A model generated the notes under the pieces. That model had not been told where the DNA came from. It worked only from the letters and a program-made list of their open reading frames with translations, and ran no database searches. The position numbers and the translations under genes are program-made. Source: Sanchytrium tribonematis (taxonomy: Eukaryota). From it: a stretch of DNA of 64,000 nt. Shown here in pieces: positions 11,594 through 21,784 of this stretch (within the stretch, counting starts at the first letter, position 1; each line of letters begins with the position of its first letter). Location: NCBI GenBank assembly GCA_018985235.1, contig JADGIG010000001.1, forward strand, positions 1-64,000, read 5' to 3'.

Positions 11594-14500
11594 TTTCAGT
11601 CTCTAAAATCTTATATAATTCAGATGGTATTTTTGGGGTTATGACTGAGTCCGTATTGTATATTCGTTTGAATTCTGTGTACTTTGAGTTTAATGGATTT
11701 GACAGATTAACCTGATCCAGGATTTCCAATAAACCATTTAAAATGACTGAATCCACTCTAGCAAAAGTTCGCCACAAAAATTCTAGAAAATCTAAACAGC
11801 TGGAATGCAACAAATTGGAAGCGTCATTACTAACAAGTGCTAATTTAATGTGCTGGAAAAGAGCATTCCATATTGCAAAATCAAATTTTGTTATTGTGTC
11901 ATTAAAGTGTTCATCGCTTGTCTCTAAAACATACCTGGAAACAAAGCTATTTAATTTTAAAAGGCAAAATATCTGTAAAACGAGAGTTTGACGAGAAGTT
12001 TGTTGCAAATTAGACTTTGGCTCTTTGACACCCTCAATCAAAATATCGCTCAAGTATTGATGTTCAATCAATAATTTTTTGGTTATTGCAAAAGAATTAC
12101 TGCTGAAGCCTGCAAAAATCATTACAATGTATGCTTTGAGAATTCTGGATTTGCTTAACTTTTCAACATTAAATTCCGGTGCTTGCATCATTGTAATTTT
12201 CGATACAATGCTAGCAATTTCCAAATAATCTTTTGAATTTCCGCTGCCTAGTGCGTTATCGATAATTTCTTCAAAATCTAGCGTTGTGCCAACAAAGTCA
12301 AGCTGATCATCCAAATATTTTAAAAAAAGTGGGCTAAAAGCTCGATTTGCCATACTTTTGTTTAATTTGGATTTAAAGACTGTGCTCATGGTAAATTCAA
12401 AAAGATCTAAATCCTTATCCTTGATTTTGTCGAAGAAAATAACAGTGTTTTGATCGGCTACTTTAAAATTGCACAAAAAACTATCTAGATTAAATCTCAA
12501 ATTGTCTAGTACCGACGTTGATAAATAGCCATGCTTCTCTAATAGAACTGATATGCTTAATAAGAAATACCCTGCGCAACTATCTTTTATAATCGTATTT
12601 GTAGTTTTTTTCATAATATCATCGAGAATTCGAGTAATCGTCATTGCACTCTGTTGAGATATATGATAATCTTTACATATATTCAAGAAGTGCGCAAAGT
12701 TTTCTTTTACATCCTCAAGACTATCAACTCCATAAAATAAAAGCCGCTCAAAAAATTGAATTCGCAAAGCATCCCAATCTAGAGCTGTGTTTAAGCTCAT
12801 ATCGGCATCTACTAATCTGGTCTCTCTTGCTTCCGTGTCGTTGATGATCTGTAAGTATGATATCATTTCATTGTCACACGACAAGTAATTGTAAAAATTT
12901 CCCTTAATTTTCTCACATTGTAAAACACTGAACAGGGCCACAGCCGCCCGTTTTCCCAAGTTGTCTTTTGGGTTTTCTTTCAGCCGCTTAATGAAACCAC
13001 CGCACATTTTGACTACTTCGTCATATTTGTTTGAGTAAAAATTATTATCTTGCTCCCCCAATTTTTGAATTAATAACAGACAAAATTCCTTATTTTCAAG
13101 AGAAATATCTTGATTAGCAATTTTTATGAGATCTACAAATATTTGTTTGAGGATATGGTCGTCGATTGATTTATAGTTGTAAAATATCCCAAAATGAATT
13201 AATTCAAGCCAATTTTTGAAATGCAAGTGACCGACTTCTTTTAATGAAAAAAGACTTTTTGAAAAACATTGGAACATGGTGTTGGATAAGTCTATTTGTA
13301 AATTTCTCAAATCACTATTAATATCTGCTTGTTGATCTAAAATCTTTCTACAGCATTTTAATACAACATCTGCAAAGGAAATTTGATTTTTAGATAGGTT
13401 TGCCGAACTAAATGTGCCTATGGATATACCCATTCCTTCAATTTTAACTTTACTAAATCCTAGGTGAACTGTTACTAAATATTTGACAACTACCATTTCT
13501 GGCTGACTCAATGTAGAACCTGAGGCAAGTTGATTAAAAACAATTCGAAATAAAGTATTGATGTATTTCGCTTGGACTTCTTTTGATTTGCTTTCTTTTT
13601 CATTAAAGTAGTCAAAACTTGCTTTTCCCAGAGAATCGAGCAGTTTTGTAATAGAGAAAAATTGAAAAACTGGATATGCTTCTTGAATTGTGACAATGGC
13701 ATTTAAAAAAGGCAAGTGGACTTTTGGAGGTGTGTTTGTAAATACAGTGTCTAACTTTTTGGATCGATGCCATTCATAAAAGTGAATTTTGCTCTCCAAA
13801 AAAACTTTCGCAGCATGCCTCACTATTGGATCTTCGTGCAGCAATCCTTTCCCAATGTATTGAAGACATAAACAAATAATAAAAGTAAAATCGATTGATT
13901 CTACTGGGACAACATAAAAATAATAATTTAAATAGTACTGAATTTTCCAATTGATGTTTTTCAAAAATTGTATTGGGTTTTTAACTGTGAGTGAATCATT
14001 TAAAAATTTAGTTTTAATACCAACATGTCTTAGGATATACTCAATGCAACGACAAAAAGAATAGTTGCATCGTAAATCATCGTAGTCTAAATTTGACCAA
14101 AAAAGATTCATAAGCTTTGAAGTCATTTCTAAGAATTGTTCTTCATGATGGTAAGCTTCAACCATTCTTGTAAATAGCATAAGCGCCAATCCGCAGACTT
14201 TAGTTTGAATTTCCAAAAATGATTTTATATATTGATACCCCATTTCAAGTGAAATGTATGGCTGTCGCCTTAATTTGGATGTTTGGAACAGAAATTTTGT
14301 GGTTTCTGTAGAACATCCAAGAAGAGTTGCAAATATTTTAAAATACATTATTTGAAATTCTTTGTCATCCTTGACTTTTGCATCCTTTAACCATTCAAGA
14401 ATGCCTTTTACTCTATTAATTGGTATGTCACTAGCCACTCGAAAATTTAAAAGTACCAATTGTCCTAAAATTGGAGCATCCTCAATATCAATCAATTTCG

Positions 14501-16337
14501 TCATCAAATTAAGCCACGTAACACTTACATTAATTCTGTATTTAAAAAGCATAGCATTCAACTTAAGAACTAACTTTTTATCCTTGTTAATAGACTGTAG
14601 CAGCTCTCCGAGAAGTTTCTTACCATATTCATCTAATCCGAAAATGAATGGAATTCGTGGATTCTTGACGGCTCTAAAAAAGTATTTTGCGTCGAATTCT
14701 TGATCTGTTTGTAATTTATAAATAATGAGCGACAAGTGAGATGAGCGAGAGAGGCCTTCGTGCTTAGTTACAGCTTGCGGCAATTTTTGAATTTCTGTGT
14801 CCACAATGTCGGAATATACCGGTCTATAAAACATGATAAATTGATGAAACTTGTCCATAAAATGCCAATATTCGGAATCAGATTCTAACTTTGAGTACCA
14901 TTTGGTTAGGACTTTGAAAAGCCTCTGGAATAAAGTGTTGTCATCCTTAAAAGCAACTGGATGCACTCTTAATTTGATTATCCACCAAGCTAAACTATAG
15001 CAATTTTTGTCTTTTACACTTAAAAGCTTCTCAATGCAATTGAGCAATAAAATATCATAGGCTGAATCGACGTGAAAAACAGGAACATGTAGGGAAATGG
15101 AATCGTTTTGCAGCTCAAATAGACCATGCAATATGTTTAAATCAATAATGTGCTGTTGAATAACTTTTCTTGCAATATCCTTGTAAAATCCCATCATCTT
15201 TGTGGCCGGAACACTTGCTTGGTCAAAATATTTTCTCGAGAAAACGTGATAAAGGGGATAGATTACATTGATGTCACTAAAAAACAGCTTTTTAGTGGAA
15301 GTGCCCAAACCCTTGTGAAGATCGATTCCCTTAACTAAGCGATATTTCAGATCCGGGTATTCTCCTGATCTATGCAAAAGTATATACTGCAAAACTAGCA
15401 AATCGACGATTAACACAGACTCATTTTCATGATGATCTTGATTAGGATCTAATAGCTTGTCATAAATTCGTCCAAATGATTCCTGGTCATCATCATTCAT
15501 ACGAGCCGAGTTGTTGTAGATACAGTTTAAATGAAACAAGTCTCTCTTGCTAGAATATGCCGTAAAACCCCAAATTATTTTTCTGCAGACACTACACCGA
15601 TTAGACGCGTACATTGCAACTTTGTAAAAAGACTGATTTTTGTGCGTCACTAAAGCATTTTCTTGAATAATGTGGTAATCAACGTTTGAAATTTTAATCA
15701 CAGTGTCAATGTTTGTTATCAAATCTTTAATGGACATGGATTTTCCAAACTCAAAGTATTTTGTGTCCCTATTTTGTATGTAATAAGTATCAAATAAGAT
15801 TGCAGCATTTTTAATAATATTCACTGACCCATTTGCAATGGATTGCAATAATTTGAAGCCTCCATCGAATTGTAAAATTTTCTTGAGCATATTTTCTCGC
15901 ATTTCTAAAATGTCAAAGTCTTCATCTACTGGGTAAGAAAGTATGGCTACCAAAAACTGGTCAATGTGTAACTTCCAAAACTCTTCTTTTTCGTGTAAAA
16001 GTGTCATTAATTTCAAGTGAAGTCTCTTGTTGATTATATGGAAACAAGCCAAATATAACTCGACTGTATCACCAGGAATAAAGTAGCCAATGTCAATGAT
16101 ATAATTATGAATCTCATATGGCGGATGAAATGGGGAAGGTTCATTCTCACTATTGTACATAACCAGAATCAACTGAATGACCTCTGTGATTTTTTCATTT
16201 TGCACATTTCCTTCTGAATATACTTCTAAAATCTTTTTGAATAAGACTGCCACTTCATATGTATTACATTCTGAAATTTCCTTAATAATGCGATTTATCA
16301 AACTTGCCAAATATTTGTTTCTATTTGACGAAATCAT
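11577..16337 (-). CDS. Large helical-repeat hypothetical protein (1586 aa) with a degenerate C1-like Cys/His motif
   Basis: 4.7-kb uninterrupted ORF; H..F......RCSVCRKIIWG...FHLNC resembles a C1 domain. Confidence 0.75.
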   Translation of the reverse strand: MISSNRNKYLASLINRIIKEISECNTYEVAVLFKKILEVYSEGNVQNEKITEVIQLILVMYNSENEPSPFHPPYEIHNYIIDIGYFIPGDTVELYLACFHIINKRLHLKLMTLLHEKEEFWKLHIDQFLVAILSYPVDEDFDILEMRENMLKKILQFDGGFKLLQSIANGSVNIIKNAAILFDTYYIQNRDTKYFEFGKSMSIKDLITNIDTVIKISNVDYHIIQENALVTHKNQSFYKVAMYASNRCSVCRKIIWGFTAYSSKRDLFHLNCIYNNSARMNDDDQESFGRIYDKLLDPNQDHHENESVLIVDLLVLQYILLHRSGEYPDLKYRLVKGIDLHKGLGTSTKKLFFSDINVIYPLYHVFSRKYFDQASVPATKMMGFYKDIARKVIQQHIIDLNILHGLFELQNDSISLHVPVFHVDSAYDILLLNCIEKLLSVKDKNCYSLAWWIIKLRVHPVAFKDDNTLFQRLFKVLTKWYSKLESDSEYWHFMDKFHQFIMFYRPVYSDIVDTEIQKLPQAVTKHEGLSRSSHLSLIIYKLQTDQEFDAKYFFRAVKNPRIPFIFGLDEYGKKLLGELLQSINKDKKLVLKLNAMLFKYRINVSVTWLNLMTKLIDIEDAPILGQLVLLNFRVASDIPINRVKGILEWLKDAKVKDDKEFQIMYFKIFATLLGCSTETTKFLFQTSKLRRQPYISLEMGYQYIKSFLEIQTKVCGLALMLFTRMVEAYHHEEQFLEMTSKLMNLFWSNLDYDDLRCNYSFCRCIEYILRHVGIKTKFLNDSLTVKNPIQFLKNINWKIQYYLNYYFYVVPVESIDFTFIICLCLQYIGKGLLHEDPIVRHAAKVFLESKIHFYEWHRSKKLDTVFTNTPPKVHLPFLNAIVTIQEAYPVFQFFSITKLLDSLGKASFDYFNEKESKSKEVQAKYINTLFRIVFNQLASGSTLSQPEMVVVKYLVTVHLGFSKVKIEGMGISIGTFSSANLSKNQISFADVVLKCCRKILDQQADINSDLRNLQIDLSNTMFQCFSKSLFSLKEVGHLHFKNWLELIHFGIFYNYKSIDDHILKQIFVDLIKIANQDISLENKEFCLLLIQKLGEQDNNFYSNKYDEVVKMCGGFIKRLKENPKDNLGKRAAVALFSVLQCEKIKGNFYNYLSCDNEMISYLQIINDTEARETRLVDADMSLNTALDWDALRIQFFERLLFYGVDSLEDVKENFAHFLNICKDYHISQQSAMTITRILDDIMKKTTNTIIKDSCAGYFLLSISVLLEKHGYLSTSVLDNLRFNLDSFLCNFKVADQNTVIFFDKIKDKDLDLFEFTMSTVFKSKLNKSMANRAFSPLFLKYLDDQLDFVGTTLDFEEIIDNALGSGNSKDYLEIASIVSKITMMQAPEFNVEKLSKSRILKAYIVMIFAGFSSNSFAITKKLLIEHQYLSDILIEGVKEPKSNLQQTSRQTLVLQIFCLLKLNSFVSRYVLETSDEHFNDTITKFDFAIWNALFQHIKLALVSNDASNLLHSSCLDFLEFLWRTFARVDSVILNGLLEILDQVNLSNPLNSKYTEFKRIYNTDSVITPKIPSELYKILETEITHLD

Positions 16338-16391
16338 AAAATATTCGGGGAAGTATCAAATTAAAAATGTAAATTAAAAATTTATTTCAGG

Positions 16392-16742
16392 TCATGTTTC
16401 TGGCGGCAGCCTAGTGTGAGGGATTGGATTGCTTTTAGTGAATACTAAAGATTTGTGTTGTAGAGGCATAGTAACAATTTGTTTTGGAAAATTAGGCTCG
16501 CTATAGTCCTCGACAATTATAGCAGGGTGGTCTTTTGATAATGGTATACTGTAATAATCTTCCTCGGGGTGATGTACTTGAGGATTTGGGGCGTCTTCCC
16601 TGCCACCCTTCCATTCTAACGGAGGACTACCTGGTGGGGAGCGGAGCCACAGCTTTTCTGATTTTGGGACTGGTAAATACTGTGAGTCCGAATACTCACC
16701 AGTTGCGAAAATACGTAATGGTGTCAAATGATTTGGTTTCAT
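16392..16742 (-). CDS. RCN1: Calcipressin (RCAN) family calcineurin regulator, short form
   Basis: YLPVP (LxxP), WLRSPPGSPPLEW (SP-repeat) and PAIIVE (PxIxIT-like). Confidence 0.85.
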   Translation of the reverse strand: MKPNHLTPLRIFATGEYSDSQYLPVPKSEKLWLRSPPGSPPLEWKGGREDAPNPQVHHPEEDYYSIPLSKDHPAIIVEDYSEPNFPKQIVTMPLQHKSLVFTKSNPIPHTRLPPET

Positions 16743-16889
16743 TTGACTCCTCTTAATTTGTAGAGGCTAGGTATAAAGTCGAGAAAAATTTAAAAATATT
16801 AATTTCCAGAACATGACTATTTTCTTAAACAATGATATAAATGAGGAAAATATTTTGGCTGAAACAAATTAGCAATTCTAAATTATATT

Positions 16890-17318
16890 ATGATCGATTT
16901 GAAAGATAATTATGTTTATTTATTGACAATCTCTATAATACTAATATCAATATACTTTTTTCTTGGCAAAAAGAGTAGCACTGTGATTGCGTTTACCAGT
17001 TCAACTCATGGTGTTGGTAAAACTCAATTTATTATGAGTATTTTAGGGAAAAAAACTAGAACATTCACAACTTTAAAACCTGAGACTTACAAATTGGGAA
17101 AGTTTGACATAATAGACTTGCCTGTGAACTCTAGAGAAGGCAATTTCGAGCAGGAATACTTTTTTTACAAAGCTGGAGATAATATTCCAAAACAATTTAA
17201 CGGTATAATTGTGGTTGAAAAGTCCGAAGACGCTGATGGCATCGAAAAAAGCAAAAGTATAATTACAAAAAACGGGCTTCGGATCATGCTCTCGGGTCAA
17301 ATAAATAGAAGTATCTAA
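16890..17318 (+). CDS. Possible reduced SRP receptor beta-like membrane-anchored GTPase
   Basis: N-terminal TM helix, P-loop-like THGVGKT, TFTT (G2), IIDLP (G3-like). Confidence 0.5.
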   Translation: MIDLKDNYVYLLTISIILISIYFFLGKKSSTVIAFTSSTHGVGKTQFIMSILGKKTRTFTTLKPETYKLGKFDIIDLPVNSREGNFEQEYFFYKAGDNIPKQFNGIIVVEKSEDADGIEKSKSIITKNGLRIMLSGQINRSI

Positions 17319-17326
17319 AAATGATA

Positions 17327-18196
17327 TTAATTTTTATTAACAACAATGGATACTTTCGACTTTTTTCTGCTGGTTGGCTTCTTATCCAAAGAAAGTAACG
17401 GAGGAAATTGTTTATCTTCTTCTGTCCATGAAAATTGATCCAGAAGATCTAAGATAATTTCTCGCTTTTGTTCTACATTCAAATGACTCACAATAATTTC
17501 CGAGGAATGTATTCCATCACATGGATTATTAATGTCCACCGGCAAAAACATTTTATATGGAGACTCTATATCAGTCAAGGGATATCTTGTGCTGGTCATT
17601 GTGCCAGATCCAGCATCTTGAATTTGAATGGCAGACCTAAAATTGACATTCATGTAGTCAGGATATTTGGTTTTTCGAATTGAAAGATCTCGAAAGTAAT
17701 TATGTAACAGTCTCTGGTAGTCATAGTAACTGTAGCCCGTCGATTCTTTGATAAATTGCATCAATCTAGGTTCATTGTCATAATTAAGAATTAAAAATTC
17801 CGAGAGTCGTAAAAATAACGTTTTTAATTCAGATTCATCGATTTTTTTCTCAACGATTGAGTAAATGAGAACTAAAAGACCTTGAATCTCCATATAAAAT
17901 GGACTATAAATGGTGTTAGGAGCTACAATGACATATTCCGCATCTAGCGACGAAAAAACCATATGAAAATCTGATTCCTTTTTATCTTCATCGTAGTATA
18001 TGATTTGGGCTCGTACATTATGTATCTCTACTTCTATTGGTTCTTTTGTTTTAACATTTTGCCCTTTCAGGATCCCTCTTTGGTCAAAATCATCATCGAA
18101 GCAGACATTGAATGCTCTCATGATTCGTCCGCCGTTGCAATAAGTTAAGGAAGCTTCTTCTACTAAGATCCAAGAGGAAGCATTACAATCAACCAT
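17327..18196 (-). CDS. Hypothetical protein, 289 aa
   Basis: ATG ORF with upstream ACTCCC motif; no family recognised. Confidence 0.65.
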   Translation of the reverse strand: MVDCNASSWILVEEASLTYCNGGRIMRAFNVCFDDDFDQRGILKGQNVKTKEPIEVEIHNVRAQIIYYDEDKKESDFHMVFSSLDAEYVIVAPNTIYSPFYMEIQGLLVLIYSIVEKKIDESELKTLFLRLSEFLILNYDNEPRLMQFIKESTGYSYYDYQRLLHNYFRDLSIRKTKYPDYMNVNFRSAIQIQDAGSGTMTSTRYPLTDIESPYKMFLPVDINNPCDGIHSSEIIVSHLNVEQKREIILDLLDQFSWTEEDKQFPPLLSLDKKPTSRKKSKVSIVVNKN

Positions 18197-18247
18197 GAAT
18201 AATGAGAAACTGGGAGTTTTACACTTAATTTATTTTTGACTCGACAT

Positions 18248-18634
18248 CTACAATGTTTCTAGTTGAGATTTCAAGTACGTGAAATCAGTTAAAAATGGAT
18301 TAAGTGCATCTTTAAGGTACCACTGTTGTATAAGCAATAATTTATCTTTGATATCAGCATCCTTAATGTTATGGTCGCTTTGTAACACCAACAAGAAAGT
18401 CTTTTTAGTGCAGGACATTAATGCAAAAACACTTTTGCTGCCGAGCTGTTGCAATTTGCCGATATAAAGAACTCCAATTCTTTCAGTTAAGGAATTCAAG
18501 GTTTGCTCAATTAGATCAATACTTTCAAATATGAGCTCTTCAAATTCAAGGCTGTCTTGGTCAAGCGGGTGTATAAGTATCGGCGCTAGATTTTTATTAC
18601 CAATAATTGCAATTCCTTTGATTGATGTTTGCAT
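18248..18634 (-). CDS. TRAPP complex sedlin/longin subunit (TRAPPC2L/Tca17-like)
   Basis: IAIIGNKN..P start, YIGKL, C-terminal Y....LNPF; size fits. Confidence 0.72.
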   Translation of the reverse strand: MQTSIKGIAIIGNKNLAPILIHPLDQDSLEFEELIFESIDLIEQTLNSLTERIGVLYIGKLQQLGSKSVFALMSCTKKTFLLVLQSDHNIKDADIKDKLLLIQQWYLKDALNPFLTDFTYLKSQLETL

Positions 18635-18678
18635 TTTGAAACTGAGGCACGAATGTTCTAGAAATTAGAGTTTTGGTT

Positions 18679-18685
18679 TATAAAA
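18679..18685 (+). promoter_or_regulatory. TATA box of the U6 (Pol III) gene
   Basis: TATAAAA starting 26 nt upstream of the inferred +1 G at 18705. Confidence 0.65.
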
Positions 18686-18704
18686 CGAATTGCCCCCAAA
18701 AATT

Positions 18705-18719
18705 GTCCTCGGACTTTGT

Positions 18720-18751
<32 letters not shown>

Positions 18752-18821
18752 TTCCCCAGAGTATGGATGAAATTCATTTGCCTGAGAGTGATCTTGAAGT
18801 TTCGGCTTCAAGCAATTTTTT
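18705..18821 (+). ncRNA. U6: U6 spliceosomal snRNA
   Basis: AAAATTGGAACGATACAGAGAAGATTAGCA matches the canonical U6 core (ACAGAGA 18735-18741, AGC 18747-18749); ISL ATTTC-C-CCA-GAGTA-TGG-AT-GAAAT; T6 terminator; upstream TATA. Confidence 0.96.
18816..18821 (+). terminator. Pol III oligo-T terminator of U6
   Basis: TTTTTT at the end of the U6 sequence. Confidence 0.8.
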
Positions 18822-18977
18822 ATATACAAATTCTATAACATTTTAAATTTTCGGCTTTAATTCAATATAATTTGTTTCTCTCATTTATAAGTTTCACATT
18901 AATTTTGTTCTTCAACAATTTTAGGCTCCGGACTTGCGTATCAATTAAAGATGAAATAAAATAGGATCAAACTTGGG

Positions 18978-21008
18978 ATGAATCTCCACTTAAATTTTAC
19001 TAATTCTAAAGTTTGTTCGCCTTACCTTATGTTGTATAGTTCAAACACTCTTTTCGGTATTCATCAGTCTACAATTAAACACATAATTGTAGTCCCGGAT
19101 ACTATTGAAGACGTTGAATTTCATAACGGAACGCTGTACGTGTTTGGAAAAACTCAGAAGGTATATTTATTCAAAGGCAATAAGCTCCAAAAAACAATAG
19201 ATTCTTATATAAGAGAAAATTCAACTTCTCAATATCTTCCAGTCCAGCGAAACAAAGTTTTATTCAATGATTGGCAAAATTTTGAGAATCCTGTGGTTTT
19301 TGCAATCAAGTTTAATGAATTTTTAGTGATTCAATTTGAAAATTACATATCTGTTATTGATAAAAACATGGTTTCAGTCAAAGAGTTTCCTGTGAGATCT
19401 AATGCAATTCACCAATACATGAATTTATTAGTTATCCATCAAGAGAATGGGGTATTCTTTTATGACAATTTATTAAAAGAACGAGTTTCTTTCCCTTTGA
19501 GCATTTCTCCATTTCAAATCTGTGAAGACAAAATGTACCAAAACGATGGAAGCAACAAAACTGTGGTCACAAATTTGCTAACTAAAGCAACTCAGTATTT
19601 GCATTTTAAATTAACCAATATTAACAATGGGACTATGGTAAATAGTGGCAGAACATTAGACATGTATTCTTTTGATTTTTACAGCACGACAAAAAACAAA
19701 TCTATTTCTCTTAATCTTCCCTACAAAAAAGGATTTGCTTATCCGGCTTTTATTAGCGGATGTGGTGAGTATGTATTTTTATGTAAAACTGATGGGATTG
19801 TTAGATATCATTCTAAAAGTGCGAGACTCGATGCTGAAATTGATATGAATGGTATTCTGAACGTAAAGAGTCATGATGTCCGAAAATGGGTTGTTTCGTA
19901 CTCCAGTAATAAGCTTTACATAATGAATTGGGACATGACTAATACAAACTCCTACTCGATGTATTTAAATGATGTCTATTTTATTCAAAATTATTTAGTA
20001 TGTTGTAATAATAACGAAATTAAAATATTTGGAATCAATGAGGAGCTGCAAGTAGAATTAATAAGAAATTACAATATTAGGCAGCTTTGCAAAAAAGACG
20101 CTTTTATTGTGAGCTCTATATCTCGTGTTTATGACTTGTATTTGAGCACTTCGTCCTCGATTCTGAAAATTGACGTGGCCAATAATTATATTCAGACATT
20201 AAACCACGAATTTGCTGATCCCATTTTGCAATTTTCAATATGGAGAAATTTGTTCGTTGTTCGCCACCCTGACGGAATCAGACTCTGGAAATTTCAGAAG
20301 AATAATTGGTCTCCTTTAATTCTGAGCGATTTGAATAGCTACAACAATATAAAGATGACATTTAACAGAGACCAGGACAATGAGTCCACAGATTCTTTAT
20401 CCACAATCAGTGATGAATCTGAAATGGATATGGAAATTGAGGAGGACAAGTATGAAAGCCCAGAATACATCAAAGGTCTTTCTTGGGGCTCAACGCTGCA
20501 TGTGTGGAAGAATGTTTTATTTTGGCAAAAAATTCAACAAAGAAACACTGAAAATAAGCATGTTCCCTTTTTTCTGACGGACGCATCACCTGAAGAAGAA
20601 AAAGAAGATCTTGATGATACAGCAGAAAACCTATGCTTAGAGCAACCGATTCCCGAGTTTGAAAATGCAATTAAGGCTCTGAATGGGCAAAACGCTGAAA
20701 TTTCTGACATTGAATTCTTGCTTCAAATTCTTCAGTCTAATAGTGCTCCCACAGTTGATGTAGCTTTAAGATGCCTTCCTAATGAGCAGAAAATGGTTTG
20801 CCTGTATTTATTTATTAAGGCTATGAGTTTTTGTTCCAAATTTGAATACTTGAATGCTTGGATTCAAGTTATTCTGCAGTCTAGTGGTTTAAAAAATCTA
20901 AATTTGATTGAGACAGATTCAATTGAACAATTTATCTCCGTCTATGAACAACTGGACTGTAACGTCAAGTCTGCTATGTGCTCCCTTGAGTTAATTGTTG
21001 ATAAATAA
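18978..21008 (+). CDS. Divergent Utp21/WDR36-like SSU processome WD40 protein
   Basis: Beta-rich N-terminal part; C-terminal VPFFL, APTVDVALRCL and FEYLNAWI resemble the Utp21 C-terminal domain. Confidence 0.55.
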   Translation: MNLHLNFTNSKVCSPYLMLYSSNTLFGIHQSTIKHIIVVPDTIEDVEFHNGTLYVFGKTQKVYLFKGNKLQKTIDSYIRENSTSQYLPVQRNKVLFNDWQNFENPVVFAIKFNEFLVIQFENYISVIDKNMVSVKEFPVRSNAIHQYMNLLVIHQENGVFFYDNLLKERVSFPLSISPFQICEDKMYQNDGSNKTVVTNLLTKATQYLHFKLTNINNGTMVNSGRTLDMYSFDFYSTTKNKSISLNLPYKKGFAYPAFISGCGEYVFLCKTDGIVRYHSKSARLDAEIDMNGILNVKSHDVRKWVVSYSSNKLYIMNWDMTNTNSYSMYLNDVYFIQNYLVCCNNNEIKIFGINEELQVELIRNYNIRQLCKKDAFIVSSISRVYDLYLSTSSSILKIDVANNYIQTLNHEFADPILQFSIWRNLFVVRHPDGIRLWKFQKNNWSPLILSDLNSYNNIKMTFNRDQDNESTDSLSTISDESEMDMEIEEDKYESPEYIKGLSWGSTLHVWKNVLFWQKIQQRNTENKHVPFFLTDASPEEEKEDLDDTAENLCLEQPIPEFENAIKALNGQNAEISDIEFLLQILQSNSAPTVDVALRCLPNEQKMVCLYLFIKAMSFCSKFEYLNAWIQVILQSSGLKNLNLIETDSIEQFISVYEQLDCNVKSAMCSLELIVDK

Positions 21009-21031
21009 AAATAATCTACTTTCACTCCCTT

Positions 21032-21772
21032 ATGAAACATGAAAAACGTACAGCAATGAAAACTGCTGCTCATTTTTTAGGTGTCACTAGTTTATGGTCC
21101 ACAGCATTCTTAGTTGGGAGATATCCTCTATTATTTCCAAAAATTTACATATTTATTGTTAGCACTCTCATTTCCATTCGGTACTATTTATACAAAAAAG
21201 AAAATTATCATTATTTTTTATTTGATTTTTGCTACATATTAAACGGACTTTTAATTTTCCAAATATTATTTCCGACTGATTTTCTATTCACAGTTGTTTT
21301 TTGTTTGGCACATGGACCTGTAGGTTGGGCAACTGCAATATGGAAAAATGCATTTGTTTTTCATAGTATTGACAAAATCACAAGTGTATACATCCATATC
21401 TTACCTTGCGTAACTATATTTGTTATGACATGGTGCGTTGAGGAGAGGAAAGCACATGAAAATATATGGATGAACTACTACTTCACATTATCGATGATAG
21501 TTTATAGTGTTTGGCAAACTGCTTATTATTTCTTTTTTGAGAAAAAGAAAGAAAAAATCGAAAATGGTGAAAGGGTTACTAGTTATACATTCTTGAAAGA
21601 CAGATACAATGTCTCAATTTCATTTAGAAGGTTTGTTGTCATGCAAGCGTTTTACACTGTAGTCACTGTGATTCCGACAATACTTCTTTATAATTCAAAG
21701 GAGATTCATTTCGCATTTATAGTCTTTCTGATATCTGTTGCGACTTATAATGGTTCTAAGATAGTAAGTTGA
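21032..21772 (+). CDS. GPC1: Glycerophosphocholine acyltransferase (Gpc1/DUF2838)
   Basis: YHYFLFDFCY, WKNAFVFHSIDKITSVYIH, Y.VWQ..Y, RVTSY, YNG; multi-TM. Confidence 0.88.
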   Translation: MKHEKRTAMKTAAHFLGVTSLWSTAFLVGRYPLLFPKIYIFIVSTLISIRYYLYKKENYHYFLFDFCYILNGLLIFQILFPTDFLFTVVFCLAHGPVGWATAIWKNAFVFHSIDKITSVYIHILPCVTIFVMTWCVEERKAHENIWMNYYFTLSMIVYSVWQTAYYFFFEKKKEKIENGERVTSYTFLKDRYNVSISFRRFVVMQAFYTVVTVIPTILLYNSKEIHFAFIVFLISVATYNGSKIVS

Positions 21773-21784
21773 TTATTTGTTTTA

